Source: Psammoneis japonica
Taxonomy: Eukaryota
Assembly: GCA_008632985.1 (NCBI GenBank)
Contig: QPGO01000238.1
Span: 1 to 64,000 of the forward strand
Direction of reading: 5' to 3'
Length of the DNA stretch: 64,000 nt
Shown here: one piece after another, positions 1-11,944 of the stretch
How positions within the stretch are numbered: the first letter of the stretch is position 1
How the letters are laid out: each line of letters begins with the position of its first letter
Position numbers and translations under genes: made by a program
The notes under the pieces: model-generated
What the model was told of the DNA's origin: nothing
Seen by the model: the letters and a program-made list of their open reading frames with translations, nothing else
Databases searched by the model: none

Positions 1-300
1 CGTGACTGCCAGTCGGCACCAAAAACCGTCTCCAACAAGCGAACCTGCAGCACAAAAGTGCTCTTTGCAACACTTTGGTGCTTCAGTCTTGCACATGAAA
101 GCGCTCCCCAAGCATTTGACGGTCGAACTGTGCACATGAAATCCTCACAGCGGGAGACCCTACACATGCTCCCGTGTGCACTCAATGCACCTCGGTTGCG
201 ACCTTCTTGTTGGGTTGCAAGCCCTCCTTGTCGTCCACCCTCCTCGCTGGGGTCATTCTCGCCATTGTGCAACCCGCCTCGTTGGTCTCCACCTCGTTGC
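1..300 (+). repeat. Dispersed repeat, TpA-converted copy (partner at 6459-6807)
   Basis: Aligns by eye to 6459-6807 (gactgccagtcggcaccaaaaaccgtc...). Most differences are TA in the partner versus TG/CA here. This copy lacks ~60 bp present at ~6678-6727. Confidence 0.9.
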
Positions 301-1149
301 TTGGACCCTTCTTGTTGGGTTCGGCGGGGCCGAACCCTCCTCGTCGGGCTCCACAAGTGCACAGGGCGCGCACCCATGAACGCAGCACTGTCACCCGTCA
401 CCCCTGCATCAGTGGCACTGTGGGATGTGGTTGTGTGTGATGTGTGATGATGTCATCACATGCATTGAGAAGAGAACATTTGCGCTGAGGCGAGTGCACA
501 TGCATGCGCGAGCAATCTCCTGCATCCCACAGCACCCCTAAATCTCGAGCCGCCTCGAAAGGGACCCCACCAATTGAGCACTTTTGGTGCTCTGCAGCAC
601 CGCGAAAAAAGCACGCGTCCCAGCAACCTTGCCATGATGCTTTCAGAATGTTCATCCCCTGCCACTTCTGACGAAGAAGCGACCAACGGCGCTGATGTCA
701 TCAACCCCACTGCAACAGGTGATGTTGTTGAAATTGCCATGCAAGCCCATTGCTTCCGAAATTGTGCCTCATTTGCTGACACTCTGTTTTTCAGCTCCGC
801 TGCCTGCTGAAGCTTCTGGCATGAATGACAGTGCCGCTTCTGCCTTTCCCGCATCTGCCAAGCCCGAAACGTTTCCCAACCCGACTGGTGCAAGAGGCAA
901 TGATGTCGCTTTGTCTCTCATCAGCCCCAAACTGATGAAATCATTTGGCACCAACTGACACCATTTTTGTGTTGCTGCGCAGTGCCTGCCACTCATTCCA
1001 TCACCAACGCCAATGCAATGACCAGTGGTCCGGCGGATGACACCCCCGGTGCCTTTCCTGCTGCGCCCAGTCCATCAGGCAACAACACATGTGTCGTGCA
1101 TTGCTGTTGTGTGCCAAAAATGCCAATGGCGCTGTTGCACTGTCTCACG

Positions 1150-1600
1150 TGCAGCATGCATGCAGACAAAAGGTCATTTTTGTCACGCCCTTTGTGACAT
1201 TTAAAGGCTGTGACACGTCGCCGTGATGCATTGGCTCTCATTGGTGGCTGCATGTTGCACTCCTCTCCATGTGTCACGCATCCATGCGGCTCTTTACTAA
1301 CGTGTGCTGACACTGCACGGTTTTGGCGGAACAGTGTGGGTACGCACGAAGGAACACACAGAACTGCACAGAGTTTTATGTGCTCGACAGTGATCAACGT
1401 TGCTGCAGACAACTCCCGCTCAGGGTTTCGAACCCCTGGCCTCCTGCCCAATGGTTGCGATGAACCACTCCGCTGTGAATTCATGATGCAGCATGCATGC
1501 AGACAAAAGGTCATTTTTGTCACGCCCTTTGTGACATTTAAAGGCTGTAACACGTCGCCGTGATGCATTGACTCTCACCAGTGGCTGTGTGTTGCACACG
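1150..1600 (+). repeat. Direct repeat of ~110 bp (1150-1260 and 1488-1597)
   Basis: gcagcatgcatgcagacaaaaggtcatttttgtcacgccctttgtgacatttaaaggctg occurs twice, with ctgTGac vs ctgTAac between copies. Confidence 0.85.
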
Positions 1601-1699
1601 CCATTTTCACTCATGCTCCACAGTGCATGCCACTGCTTCTGTTGCGAGCACCATTGGTGCATCGGCTTCCCTTGGCGACTTTGCCATGCCCAATGTTGT

Positions 1700-2270
1700 G
1701 ACCCAGGTCAGTCTTTAACGTGTGGCCCAATCAAACCCTCAAGCGATGAAAGCACACGGCTGGTGCAGGTTGCAGTCATGAGCAGGAATGATGCAGAACC
1801 AGTTGCTGAGGCCTCCAGCAGCAATCGGTCGCGAAGGCCAAGGAACCCCTTTCGGAACGAAAGCCCAAAGCTCGCAAATGAATGCATCTCATCCAGGGCA
1901 ATCATTCAAAGCAGACCTTTGTGCAACAAATCCAGAAGCAAGTGCAAGAGTGGTTCATTAGAAACAATGAGCTGAGGGGAGCAAAACAGAAAGACAGTCC
2001 CATGTGCCAACGTTGGCAGGTGGTGCATCATCTCCGTGAAGCGTTTCATGTGAGATGGATTCTCGCAGACCTCACCCAAATGAAAGCTGGTGACAGAGCC
2101 ATGGCTGTGCTGTGGGGAGGCTCTGTGCATTAATTTCCAGCACTGGTCGGAGCCAAGCGACAGCAGGGGGACTGCGGTGAGGACAACACCACGAATGCAA
2201 ACTCCAACAACATCTCGAACAAGCGATTTGCCACCACCTGCAGGTCGGACTGGCAGATGAGGTCTGGTGG
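1700..2270 (-). pseudogene. RecQ-like SF2 helicase fragment
   Basis: One frame across an in-frame TGA (1906-1908) carries motif I VRPAGGGKSL, motif Ia VPLLSLGSDQ, FCSPQ, motif II LDEMH followed by FGLSFRK, and motif III LLMTAT. Confidence 0.75.
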
Positions 2271-3350
2271 AATGTTTGTGAGAAGACTCAATTGAGCTGG
2301 ACCCAAGCAACCACGGTCTGCCAACCATGTGGATGCTTGCCAAAGATGTCGGCAGATGCAGTGTCAAAAGTTTGGGAGGCACAGTTCGAAAATGGGTTGT
2401 GGCCCGCCGTGGTGCAAGCAGTGGCATGCACTGTGGAGCATGAGTGAAAATGGCATGAGACAGCGCAACAGCACCACTGGCATTTTTGGTGCACTACAGC
2501 AACACATGATGCATGTGTTGTCACCTGATGGACCCGGCGCAGCAGGAAAGGCACCGGGGGTGCCATCCGCTGCAATGTTGGTCATGGCGTTGGCACTGGT
2601 GACAAAATCAGTGGTGGGCGCTGCGCAGTCACAGAAAAAAGGTGTCAGTTGGTGCCAAATAATTTCGTCAGCATTGGGCTGATGAGAGACACAAAGCAAC
2701 ACAACTGCCTGTTGCGCCAGTCGGGTGAGGAAAGGTTCCGGGCGTGGCAGCTGCGGGAAAGGCAGAAGCGGCGTTGTCATTCATGCCAGAAGCTTCGTCA
2801 GGCAGTGGAGCTGAAAAAACAGAGTGTCAGCAAATGAGGCATCATTTTGGAAGCAACAGGGCTGCGATGGTAATTTCAACAACGTTGCCTGTTGCAGTGG
2901 GGCAAATGTCATCAGCGCCGTCGGTCGCTTCTTCGTCAGAAGTGGGAGGGGACGAACATTCTGAAAGCACTGTGGTGAGGTTGTTGTGCCGCGTGCTTTT
3001 TTCGTGAAAAAGAGATGGCTGAAAATTGGTCAATTGGTCCTTCAAGGTGGCTCAAGATTTAGGGGAGAGTGCAGGCATCGCTCACTCCCAACTGGGAGGT
3101 CTGCAAGTGGTGCGGAAGAAGACAGAGGGCACAGCTGATCTACAGCAATCGAAATCGTGCAGCGCGCACATCCAGTGTTTGTTGTTTTTCGCATTGTTTC
3201 CACAAGCATTGCATTGCCAACGAATCCAAATAATGTCATTTCTGTGTTTGACCACAAATGCAGTGTTTGTCATTTTCACAAATGAGGTCCGTGAGACATG
3301 AAGACACGTCGGACATTGCTGACATCACACCACATTGCCATTTTAATTGA

Positions 3351-4687
3351 GTGGGCGCACCACAGTTCTTGGCCCATTCATTTTCTACGTGGCCTGGCAC
3401 AACCCAAATCTGTGTAGATTCAGTGCATTTTGCCCTGTGGAACGACTTTTGGGACTGTTTTCTGGCTCGCGGCTCAAAACAACACGCAAAATGACACGGA
3501 CAATGGCGTTTCGCCGATTTCAAAAATGCGGTTGTTTCTGAGGTACTTTGTAGTGTGCTCTCAACGGAAATGTCTCACGTCACAGCATGAGGCATGTGAC
3601 AAGCTCGAGAGCACACAGGTTCGTGTGGGCAGCTGATGGTGGAAATTCTCACTGAAGGTTCGCGTTGACAGCGTCGCTTCTGTTGCATCACGACCGACCT
3701 TGTGTGTTGCCATTCGTGCTGTGTGTTTCGTTGAGGCTTCACACATTGATGCCCGTTTGACTTGCATGTGTTGTCTCTTTCTGCATTGTTCTTTAGTTCT
3801 GTGGGGTCTCCGTCGTCGCAAGGCATCCCAGAAACACTTTTCCTCGTCAAGAATGTCAGTTCTGCAATGCGATGGCCACGGCAATTCCAAAACAAGGCAA
3901 AGTCACAGACACAGCATCAGGCTGACTTCATGACAAATGTGGTGACTTGGGGCTGTGGTGTCAAAAGCTGGACAAGCTCTCAAGAGCTCAGATCCGTCAC
4001 AGTGCATTTTTGACAATGGCTCTCCCCGCCTCCACTTGGTGATGCGGAGTTTGATTCGGCAGACCAGTGCATCATGGCTGTTCTGAAGGTTTGGATTGCT
4101 TCTTTTGGCTGCAAGGCAGTTTGTGAGCTAGAAACATGTGGCTTGCTTGCCCAATTTGTTGGCCAATGCAACAAACTCAGAGGGTGACAGCCAGGGCAGA
4201 TGATCATTTTGTCAAGTCTAAAAAGCAGCTAAAGATTGCATGCCAACAAGAAGAACTAGCTTTAAAATTTTTCATGGGGGCACAGACTTTATTTTGTTGG
4301 GGCATCAAGTCTCCATTGCTGTTCTAGAGTGAACATTGACTGGTGTTGTCACCGCCAACGTGTGAGTTCGCCTTGACAATCGGCTGCACTGTGTTCTGAG
4401 ATTTTGGAACAAAAGACAACTTTTGTCTACATTGCTCCATCATAAGAGAAAGCTCATCAGCTTCCCCTGGCCCTTTTGGAGCAATCGGGTAAGTGAAAGA
4501 GGAGCTGCAGAAAGATGCGGACGACGCCATTTTGATGCGTTGTCGTCAGGTGGTGTCGTCGTGAGGTCGCGTGATGGAGTGCCATGCTTTCTGTTTTGTA
4601 CTGCGTCTGTGTAGGAATGTACGTGATTGGCTCTCTGGTAGTTTCTACGTAAAAAGTGTACCAGGCGATCTCTGGACCGCCCTCTTA
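3351..4687 (+). repeat. ~1.33-kb dispersed repeat, copy A (inverted partner at 10087-11418)
   Basis: Starts gtgggcgcaccacagttct and ends ctctggaccgccctctt. The reverse complement is at 10087-11418, and the ORF track gives identical peptides (4136+ = 10448-, 3980- = 10568+). Confidence 0.9.
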
Positions 4688-6458
4688 ATCCTTCGACTCC
4701 AAACGAGGCCGGTGTCAGGCAGTTCCGACGCACGCCTACCAAGAAAGACCCTCATGACGTCATTTATGACGTAAGTTCAACTCACACTAAATGTTTGAAT
4801 AAAAGTTACCTAAATGCAGTTGTCACGTTTCTTCGCCGATAAAGTCTAACGAACAAGCAATCGTCCGGAACAACAAATGATGAACACTAGATCGGTGACC
4901 CCTGTATGGTTCAGGATTTTTCCTGCAACTGTTAGCATTTGTGAACAAATGTAATTGCCTTTACATTTATACAAATATAAAAATGCCATGACGTGAGCAT
5001 GCATCACCATGACATCACCAACCATGCTCTCCACTGACGAAGGGGTGCAGCACTGTGACATCAACAGTTTTTTGGGACTCCCACTGCTCGAGTGTGGGCA
5101 GGCCCAAGCAATTCTAAAAACCGTTGACGGCCGTCACTGTGCAATTTGGTGGCATTTTGGCACTCCACACATGAGGCATTCATGTGGAAATTGCGTGCGT
5201 GCAAACACCAGGGGAAGCAAGCGCAGAGAAGAGACGACGCGAGCGAAGCACGAGCGAAGAGACCGACAATGATGCAAGTGCCGGAGAGAGACGCAAGGAG
5301 AGCAATCCAACGACATTGCAAGGGCGCAAAAGAGAGAAAAGATCTGTTTGAGTTAGCGCCATGTCTTCAATGAAAAGAACAAAGCAAGAAGACATTGGCG
5401 TGCACAAAAACTTGCACAAAGAAGCAAGGCACCAGCGCGTGCAAAATGGCCACATCTGCGGTGACATGGAACAACACAAGGAGGTGAGAACATGCTTTTC
5501 CACAAATGCAATGCAACAACGAGCAAACGACCAATGGAAACTCACCAGTGGGGTCAAAACTTGGGGTGCCTGGATCGTCAACGGCGGGAGGAACGACGGA
5601 TGAAAGAGAGTCTGGTGGTTCCACGGAGCAGGACGACAAAAGCAGGCGGTGGATCCGCGCGAGCAATGGCAGAAAGTCAGCACTTGGGATCAAGTGACTC
5701 GTCCAGTCCATGAAAGTCATGGTGGTGGCTTGGAGAATGGAGGCAGTGCCATGGCAGGACGGCATGGACCGGGGCAGAAGCAGCGCGCCATGGTGGAACG
5801 GCGACGGAGCCAAAAACGGTGACGGCGACGGTGCAGACCCATGGACTTCGATGTCCCCATCTTCGAGTCCTGTGCATCAAGATGCGGGACAAGGAGGTTC
5901 AAGGTGAGCGCCATTGCGAACGAGAATGGGGGAAAACGAGACTTGGTTCCGCGAGAATCAGAGCTCACCACATTTTGGGGTCATTCTGACCCATTCTAGA
6001 GCCGTGGCTCACTCGCGTGGCATGACCCAATGGCGTGTGACACTGTCAAGCAAGGTAGGGGTCGGGAGGCGGTGCCTTACCGGTCAAATCAGCCAAAAGC
6101 GCCATTGTCGGAGGGAGCGGTGGTTGTCGATCGGCCGCTCGGAAAATTGTGAGCCATCAACTCGACCGCGCACCGTTCGGAGTCGAACAAAATTTCTCGG
6201 TACAAAATGTACACAAATGTACGTCAGTATAAAAATCGTGTAGACGGGTTGTAAGTAGAACCGTTACTGTCTCTATGTAGACTACAAGGATTCTGCCGTT
6301 AAACTATACCAATATGTATAATTCTACGTGGTCGATTTGAATCAATCCCACCAACGTTTTGAATTTCGATCGTAATAACGGCTTTAGGTGCTGAGATGAA
6401 TATAATATATAAGTTTGAATTAAATATCATATATATCGTTAATAATTTTGAATGATTG

Positions 6459-6807
6459 CGCGACTGCCAGTCGGCACCAAAAACCGTCGCCAATAAGTAA
6501 ACCTGCAGTACAAAAGTACTCTTTGCAATACTTTGGTACTTCAGTCTTGCACATGAAAGCGCTCCCTAAGTAGTTAACGGTCGAATTATATATATAAAAT
6601 CCTCACAGCGGGAGACCCTATATACGCTCCCGTGTGCACTCAACGCGCCTCGGTTACGACCTTCTCGTTGGGTTGCACAATGGCGAGAACGACCCACAGC
6701 TTGTCGTGTGGCCTTCTCGTCGGGCTAAAGCCCTCCTCGTCGTCCACCCTCCTCGCTGGGGTCGTTCTCGCCATTGTGCAACCCGCCTCGTCGGTCTCCA
6801 CCTCGTT
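6459..6807 (+). repeat. Dispersed repeat, TpA-retaining copy (partner at 1-300), with an internal 26-bp perfect inverted repeat
   Basis: Homologous to 1-300. gggttgcacaatggcgagaacgaccc (6670-6695) is the reverse complement of 6759-6784. The copy runs into the N gap. Confidence 0.9.
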
Positions 6808-7155
6808 NNNNNNNNNNNNNNNNNNNNNNNNNNNNNNNNNNNNNNNNNNNNNNNNNNNNNNNNNNNNNNNNNNNNNNNNNNNNNNNNNNNNNNNNNNNNN
6901 NNNNNNNNNNNNNNNNNNNNNNNNNNNNNNNNNNNNNNNNNNNNNNNNNNNNNNNNNNNNNNNNNNNNNNNNNNNNNNNNNNNNNNNNNNNNNNNNNNNN
7001 NNNNNNNNNNNNNNNNNNNNNNNNNNNNNNNNNNNNNNNNNNNNNNNNNNNNNNNNNNNNNNNNNNNNNNNNNNNNNNNNNNNNNNNNNNNNNNNNNNNN
7101 NNNNNNNNNNNNNNNNNNNNNNNNNNNNNNNNNNNNNNNNNNNNNNNNNNNNNNN
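6808..7155. other. Assembly gap (348 N)
   Basis: Run of N bases. Confidence 1.
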
Positions 7156-8179
7156 AGCAACTTCAAAAATTGTCAAGTCCCCAAGAGCCAAGAGACGTGA
7201 AAAAAGACAACACACTGTGTACGCAAACAGCACGAACCGCCCATGACAGCGGCAACTTTCGGACTGGTGAGCATAAAAATAACACCATTAGAACCGCAGC
7301 ATTCTTGTTAGTATGTGTTCGTTGTTTCTCTTTTTGTTCAATGCAAGTCCGACACTCTTAAGGGATAATTTCTTCAACTTTCAAGTAGAAAGTTTTGCAC
7401 CGTCCTTCTCGGGCCATTTAGTCCACCTATACTAAAATCATTTAGCTTACATATAACACCGTTCAATCCGCCATATCTAAATTACTCTCTATGGTAGTTT
7501 CTGTGTCATAGAGATCTAGTTTAGGGACCTTATGCATGGCCATCTGCGATGCAAGAAAAGACCTGAAAAATTCTTTCAATACAACAGGTCCATTTTGGAA
7601 AGAAGTACGCAAAGCGTTACCATTTCCTTCTCGACACGTATCATAACTACTTCATATTATCGATTGATGCTACTTCTACAGTCATGAAGTAGAGAGAAGT
7701 TGTCCAAAACAACCACACACCGCCATGGCGACTTGCACAAAAACAATTCTATGTACGCGCGGCTTCAGTAGAAGTACTTGACGTGATGCGTCTGATACAG
7801 TGTACAGTACTGTACGTACCGTACTGTAGGTAGATTGCGTGCGTGCGGCTACCGTACCGGTAGTAGCTGGGGGGGCAATAATGATGTCAACATTACTTAT
7901 TGTGAACAACAAAGTTTTTAGCTGACGTCGTTTGTCCAATCAGATTTCCATACCGCCGTTATGACCGCACTTACCATACCGCGGATACGTTTTCTGATTT
8001 ATGACAATGAAAATACGCTGGGTATATTCTTTAATGTCTGTAGAACATACCCGGGCAAACTGTCAATGATGTGCTACAAGTATGAAGGAGGAGATACGTT
8101 CGTAAAATTGCCTCTTTTTCTGTTGGCGATCATTACATTCTCACTGCAGCGCAAATTTACTGCGGAGCTCGCACGTAGA

Positions 8180-10086
8180 ATTACACGGGCCCAATGTCAC
8201 ACGGAGTCCCACCTAGGACTGGAACCCGTCGTCTGAGATCTGTGATGCCCCCAGGCTTTGGCAACTTGCCAGTGCCGCCTTTTTGTCTCATTTGGAGCAG
8301 CAATGTCCCCAGAACGGACCCAGCCTTGACATCTTTGAGTCTGAGACCCGCGATGCATGCTTTCCTCCATGATCTCAGCACTGTGCAAGCAGCGGCCCAA
8401 TCCAGTGTTGTTTCCTGAATGTGCCGCATGCCATGATGTTGCTTGAGACCTTTGGGACTCACACCGTGAAACCTTTGGCATCAACCCTTTCCTCGACCAC
8501 ACTGGAGATCTCGCACAATTCCTCATGGTCTTTGCCATGCGATGCTTGCTGCGAATGATGCATTGTCCTCCCCGGTGGTGTCACTGTCCGGTCTTGCACA
8601 GTGAAGGACATTCTCCATGGTGTCAGCCAGATGGTGGCCAGCTTGGGATCCCAAGACCAATGGCCAGTGGGTCCTCGCCAACTCAACTTTTGCTCACCCC
8701 AGAGCAACTGAAAGGGTGGCGCAAATGAAGATCCGCCAATGAGGGTGCAACCCATCCTGCTGATGTTGGTTTGTCATGTGTGCATTGTGGCCAAACAAAG
8801 CACAAGCACCTTGAGCTTGCCACGGTCAACATGGCACACATCAGTTTCTTTTTCTTGTGCTGCCCAGGCAAACATGCACGGGAACCACAGTGAAGTCCAA
8901 GAGCAGCCCCTTTTGACTTCAAGATGTGATGTTCCACATCAGCGCTCATCACCTCCATGCGTTGTTGGCTCCGTTCATGCATCTCCACACCACAACTTTT
9001 GCCACCCTTGTGTTTGTGATGCAAAAGAATGAAATTTTTGGTGAAATGATTGGGCACATGGATCAAGCCACGACCCTGCGTCTGGTTGTGCACAAGCCCA
9101 AGATGCGCGCCAGCATGACAAAATTTCCGTTGCTGTGGAAAGTCAGATTTGTCTTGTGTTGTTAATTGCTTGATGCAGGCACCGCATGCGTGCAAATGGT
9201 CAATGTTGCGCATTCAACCAAGGCACAATCTTGCATGGTGACATGCAAGTTGACTCAACCAACACAATCTTGTCACCTGCCACATGTTGTTTTTGCGACG
9301 TGGCTTGCCCCAAGCATCTCCATCTCACCCATTTTTGCGACATGAACAATGGAGTTCTCCTTTGCTGTGGGAAATGATTGCCCTGTGTGCAGCAAATGCT
9401 TTTTCCCAGCTGGTTTTCAACACCACCTGAAAACTTGTCTTCCTTGCAAACTTTCCTTTTCTCAAAGCATTCGCGCTGTTTCTTCCCATCAATCGGATGA
9501 TGCTCATTGTGGCAAACATCTGCAAATGGGAGAATCCGAAGAACCAGATGACGTTGCTGCCTCTTCTGCCCTTGGCCAATGACAGCCAGACATCAACTGC
9601 ATTGCCCATGAGATGATCTGTCAAACACACCAGGCTGAAGCCAATGAGAGAGAAGCAACAAGGCAGCTGCGCCTTGTTTTCTTTTGATTGTGACACTGCT
9701 GTTGTGACTGGGATGATTTGTTTTTGCAACCCACCCTCTGCTCTTGGGCTTTTGCTTGGCCCAGGATGCAAGGGTTGGGACCAACCGGCAAGCTGTCCCA
9801 GCTCATTGCTCCCAGCCTGGTGCACCCACTGTCCAAGTCCAGGCAACTGTGAAAGGTGGACTGGGTGGTGCAGCCACTTTTGTGATGCAGGCATTTCGCA
9901 TCGTTTGTTGCAAGCACCAATCTTTTGACACAAAAGTGTTGCTTTGTGCAGACATGAAGGTTTTGACTTTAATGTCATTTTTCCTGTGGTTTCCTTTGCT
10001 TTCGTTGCAGAAAAGAGCACCCACAATGCAACAATTTTCAGAAATCTTCGGAGCATGTCCACTCATTTTAGAGAAATGTCAGAGGT
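8180..10086. repeat. TpA-depleted degenerate block, probably transposon-derived
   Basis: Almost no TA dinucleotides, strongly TG/CA-rich, many overlapping Cys/His-rich ORFs and no recognisable domain. It abuts the 10087-11418 repeat. Confidence 0.5.
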
Positions 10087-11418
10087 CAAGAGGGCGGTCC
10101 AGAGATTGCCTGGCACACTTTTTACGCAGAAACCACCAGAGAGCCAATCACGTGCATTCCCACACAGACGCAGTGCAAAACAGAAAGCATGGCACTCCAT
10201 CACGCGACCTCACGATGACACCACCTGATGACAACGCATCAAAATGGCGTCGTCCGTGTCTTTCTGCAGCTCCTTTTTCACTCACCCGATTGCTCCAAAA
10301 GGGCCAGGGGAAGCCAGTGAGCTTTCTCTTGTAATGGAGCAATGCAAACAAAAGTTGTTTTTTTATTCCAAAATCTCAGAATGCAGTGCAACCGATTGTC
10401 AAGGCGAACTCACACGTTGGCGGTGACAACACCAGTCAATGTTCACTCTAGAACAACAATGGAGACTTGATGCCCCAACAAAATAAAGTCTGTGCCCCCA
10501 TGAAAAATTTTAAAGCTAGTTCTTCTTGTTGGCATGCAATCTTTAGCTGCTTTTTAGACTTGACAAAATGATCATCTGCCCCGGCTGTCACCCTCTGAGT
10601 TTGTTGCATTGGCCAACAAATTGGGCAAGCAAGCCACATGTTTCTAGCTCACAAACTGCCTTGCAGCCAAAAGAAGCAATCCAAACCTTCAGAACAGCCA
10701 TGATGCACTGGTCTGCCGAATCAAACTCCGCATCACCAAGTGGAGGCGGGGAGAGCCATTGTCAAAAATGCACTGTGACGGATCTGAGCTCTTGAGAGCT
10801 TGTCCAGCTTTTGACACCACAGCCCCAAGTCACCACATTTGTCATGAAGTCAGCCTGATGCTGTGTCTGTGACTTTGCCTCATTTTGGAATTGCCACGGC
10901 CATCGCATTGCAGAGTTGACACTCTTGATGAGGAAAAGTGTTTCTGGGACACCTTGCGACAACGGAGACCCTGCAGAACAAAAGAACAATGCAGAAAGAG
11001 ACAACACATGCAAGTCAAACGGGTGTCAATGTACAAAGCCTCAACGAAACACACAGCACGAATGGCAACACATGAGGTCGGTCGTGATGCAACAGAAACG
11101 ACGAACGCAAACCTTCAGTGAGAATTTCCACCATCAGCTGCCCATGTGAACCTGTGCACTCTCGAGCTTGTCACATGCCTTGTGCCACGACGTAAGACAT
11201 TCCGTTGAGAGTACACTACAAAGTACCTCAGAAACAACCGTATTTTTGAAATCGGCGAAACGCCATTGTCCGTGTTATTTTGCGTGTTATTTTGAGCCGC
11301 GAGCCAGAAAACAGTCCCAAAAGTCGTTCTACAGGGCAAAATGTACTGAATCTACACAGATTTGGGTTGTACCAGGCCACGTAGAAAATGAACGGGCCGA
11401 GAACTGTGGTGCGCCCAC
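10087..11418 (-). repeat. ~1.33-kb dispersed repeat, copy B (inverted relative to 3351-4687)
   Basis: Reverse-complement match to 3351-4687 along its whole length. Confidence 0.9.
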
Positions 11419-11944
11419 TTGACATTTTCCGAGTGGGGTGATAGATGCTGTGCTCGTACTATGTACGTCGACATTACGTTGGGCACATACTTGCGTAGAA
11501 ACGATACTCTGTTGCACTGCACTGTAACTTCAACAAGAAATTGCTATGCTTTATATGGCATGAAGGTTTTCATTATTTGTTGTATGTGTCTTTGAGTTCA
11601 ATGCTCTTCTTTCAGTTTCGGAGTCGTACATTCAAAAGACAATCGCATCTCAAAGCAAGAAGTCCCGGGTCTAGAAAAGATGCATTGCGTTCGCAGCACG
11701 AATTGCAAAGATCTAATCTTTTCACGTCAATTCCTACGCATCAACTACTACACCAACTTTTGATTGCGACACCAGTTTGATGCGCTTGAGGAGAAAGATC
11801 CACAATAACAATAGAGAGAAGCGAAGAAGCACACGACGTTGTAGTTCTCAAAGGTGCTTGATCTGGCTGGAGCATTGGCAGCCAAAGCGGTCCATCCGAA
11901 TTTGACACCAAAAGGTCCAGAGTCCAAACCATCAACGAACACAC

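Larger units (their letters stand above)
510..3085. repeat. Long inverted repeat arms (~510-1145 vs ~2455-3085) enclosing a helicase remnant; possibly a foldback/TIR element remnant
   Basis: gaaaaaagcacgcg...gctttcagaatgttc...ccacttctgacgaagaagcgacc (~603-685) matches the reverse complement of ~2922-3003. The ORF track shows near-identical peptides on opposite strands (574+ vs 2842-, 967+ vs 2364-). Confidence 0.75.

Noticed and set aside
6632..7361. ORFs spanning the N run
   Set aside because: Artefacts of the assembly gap.
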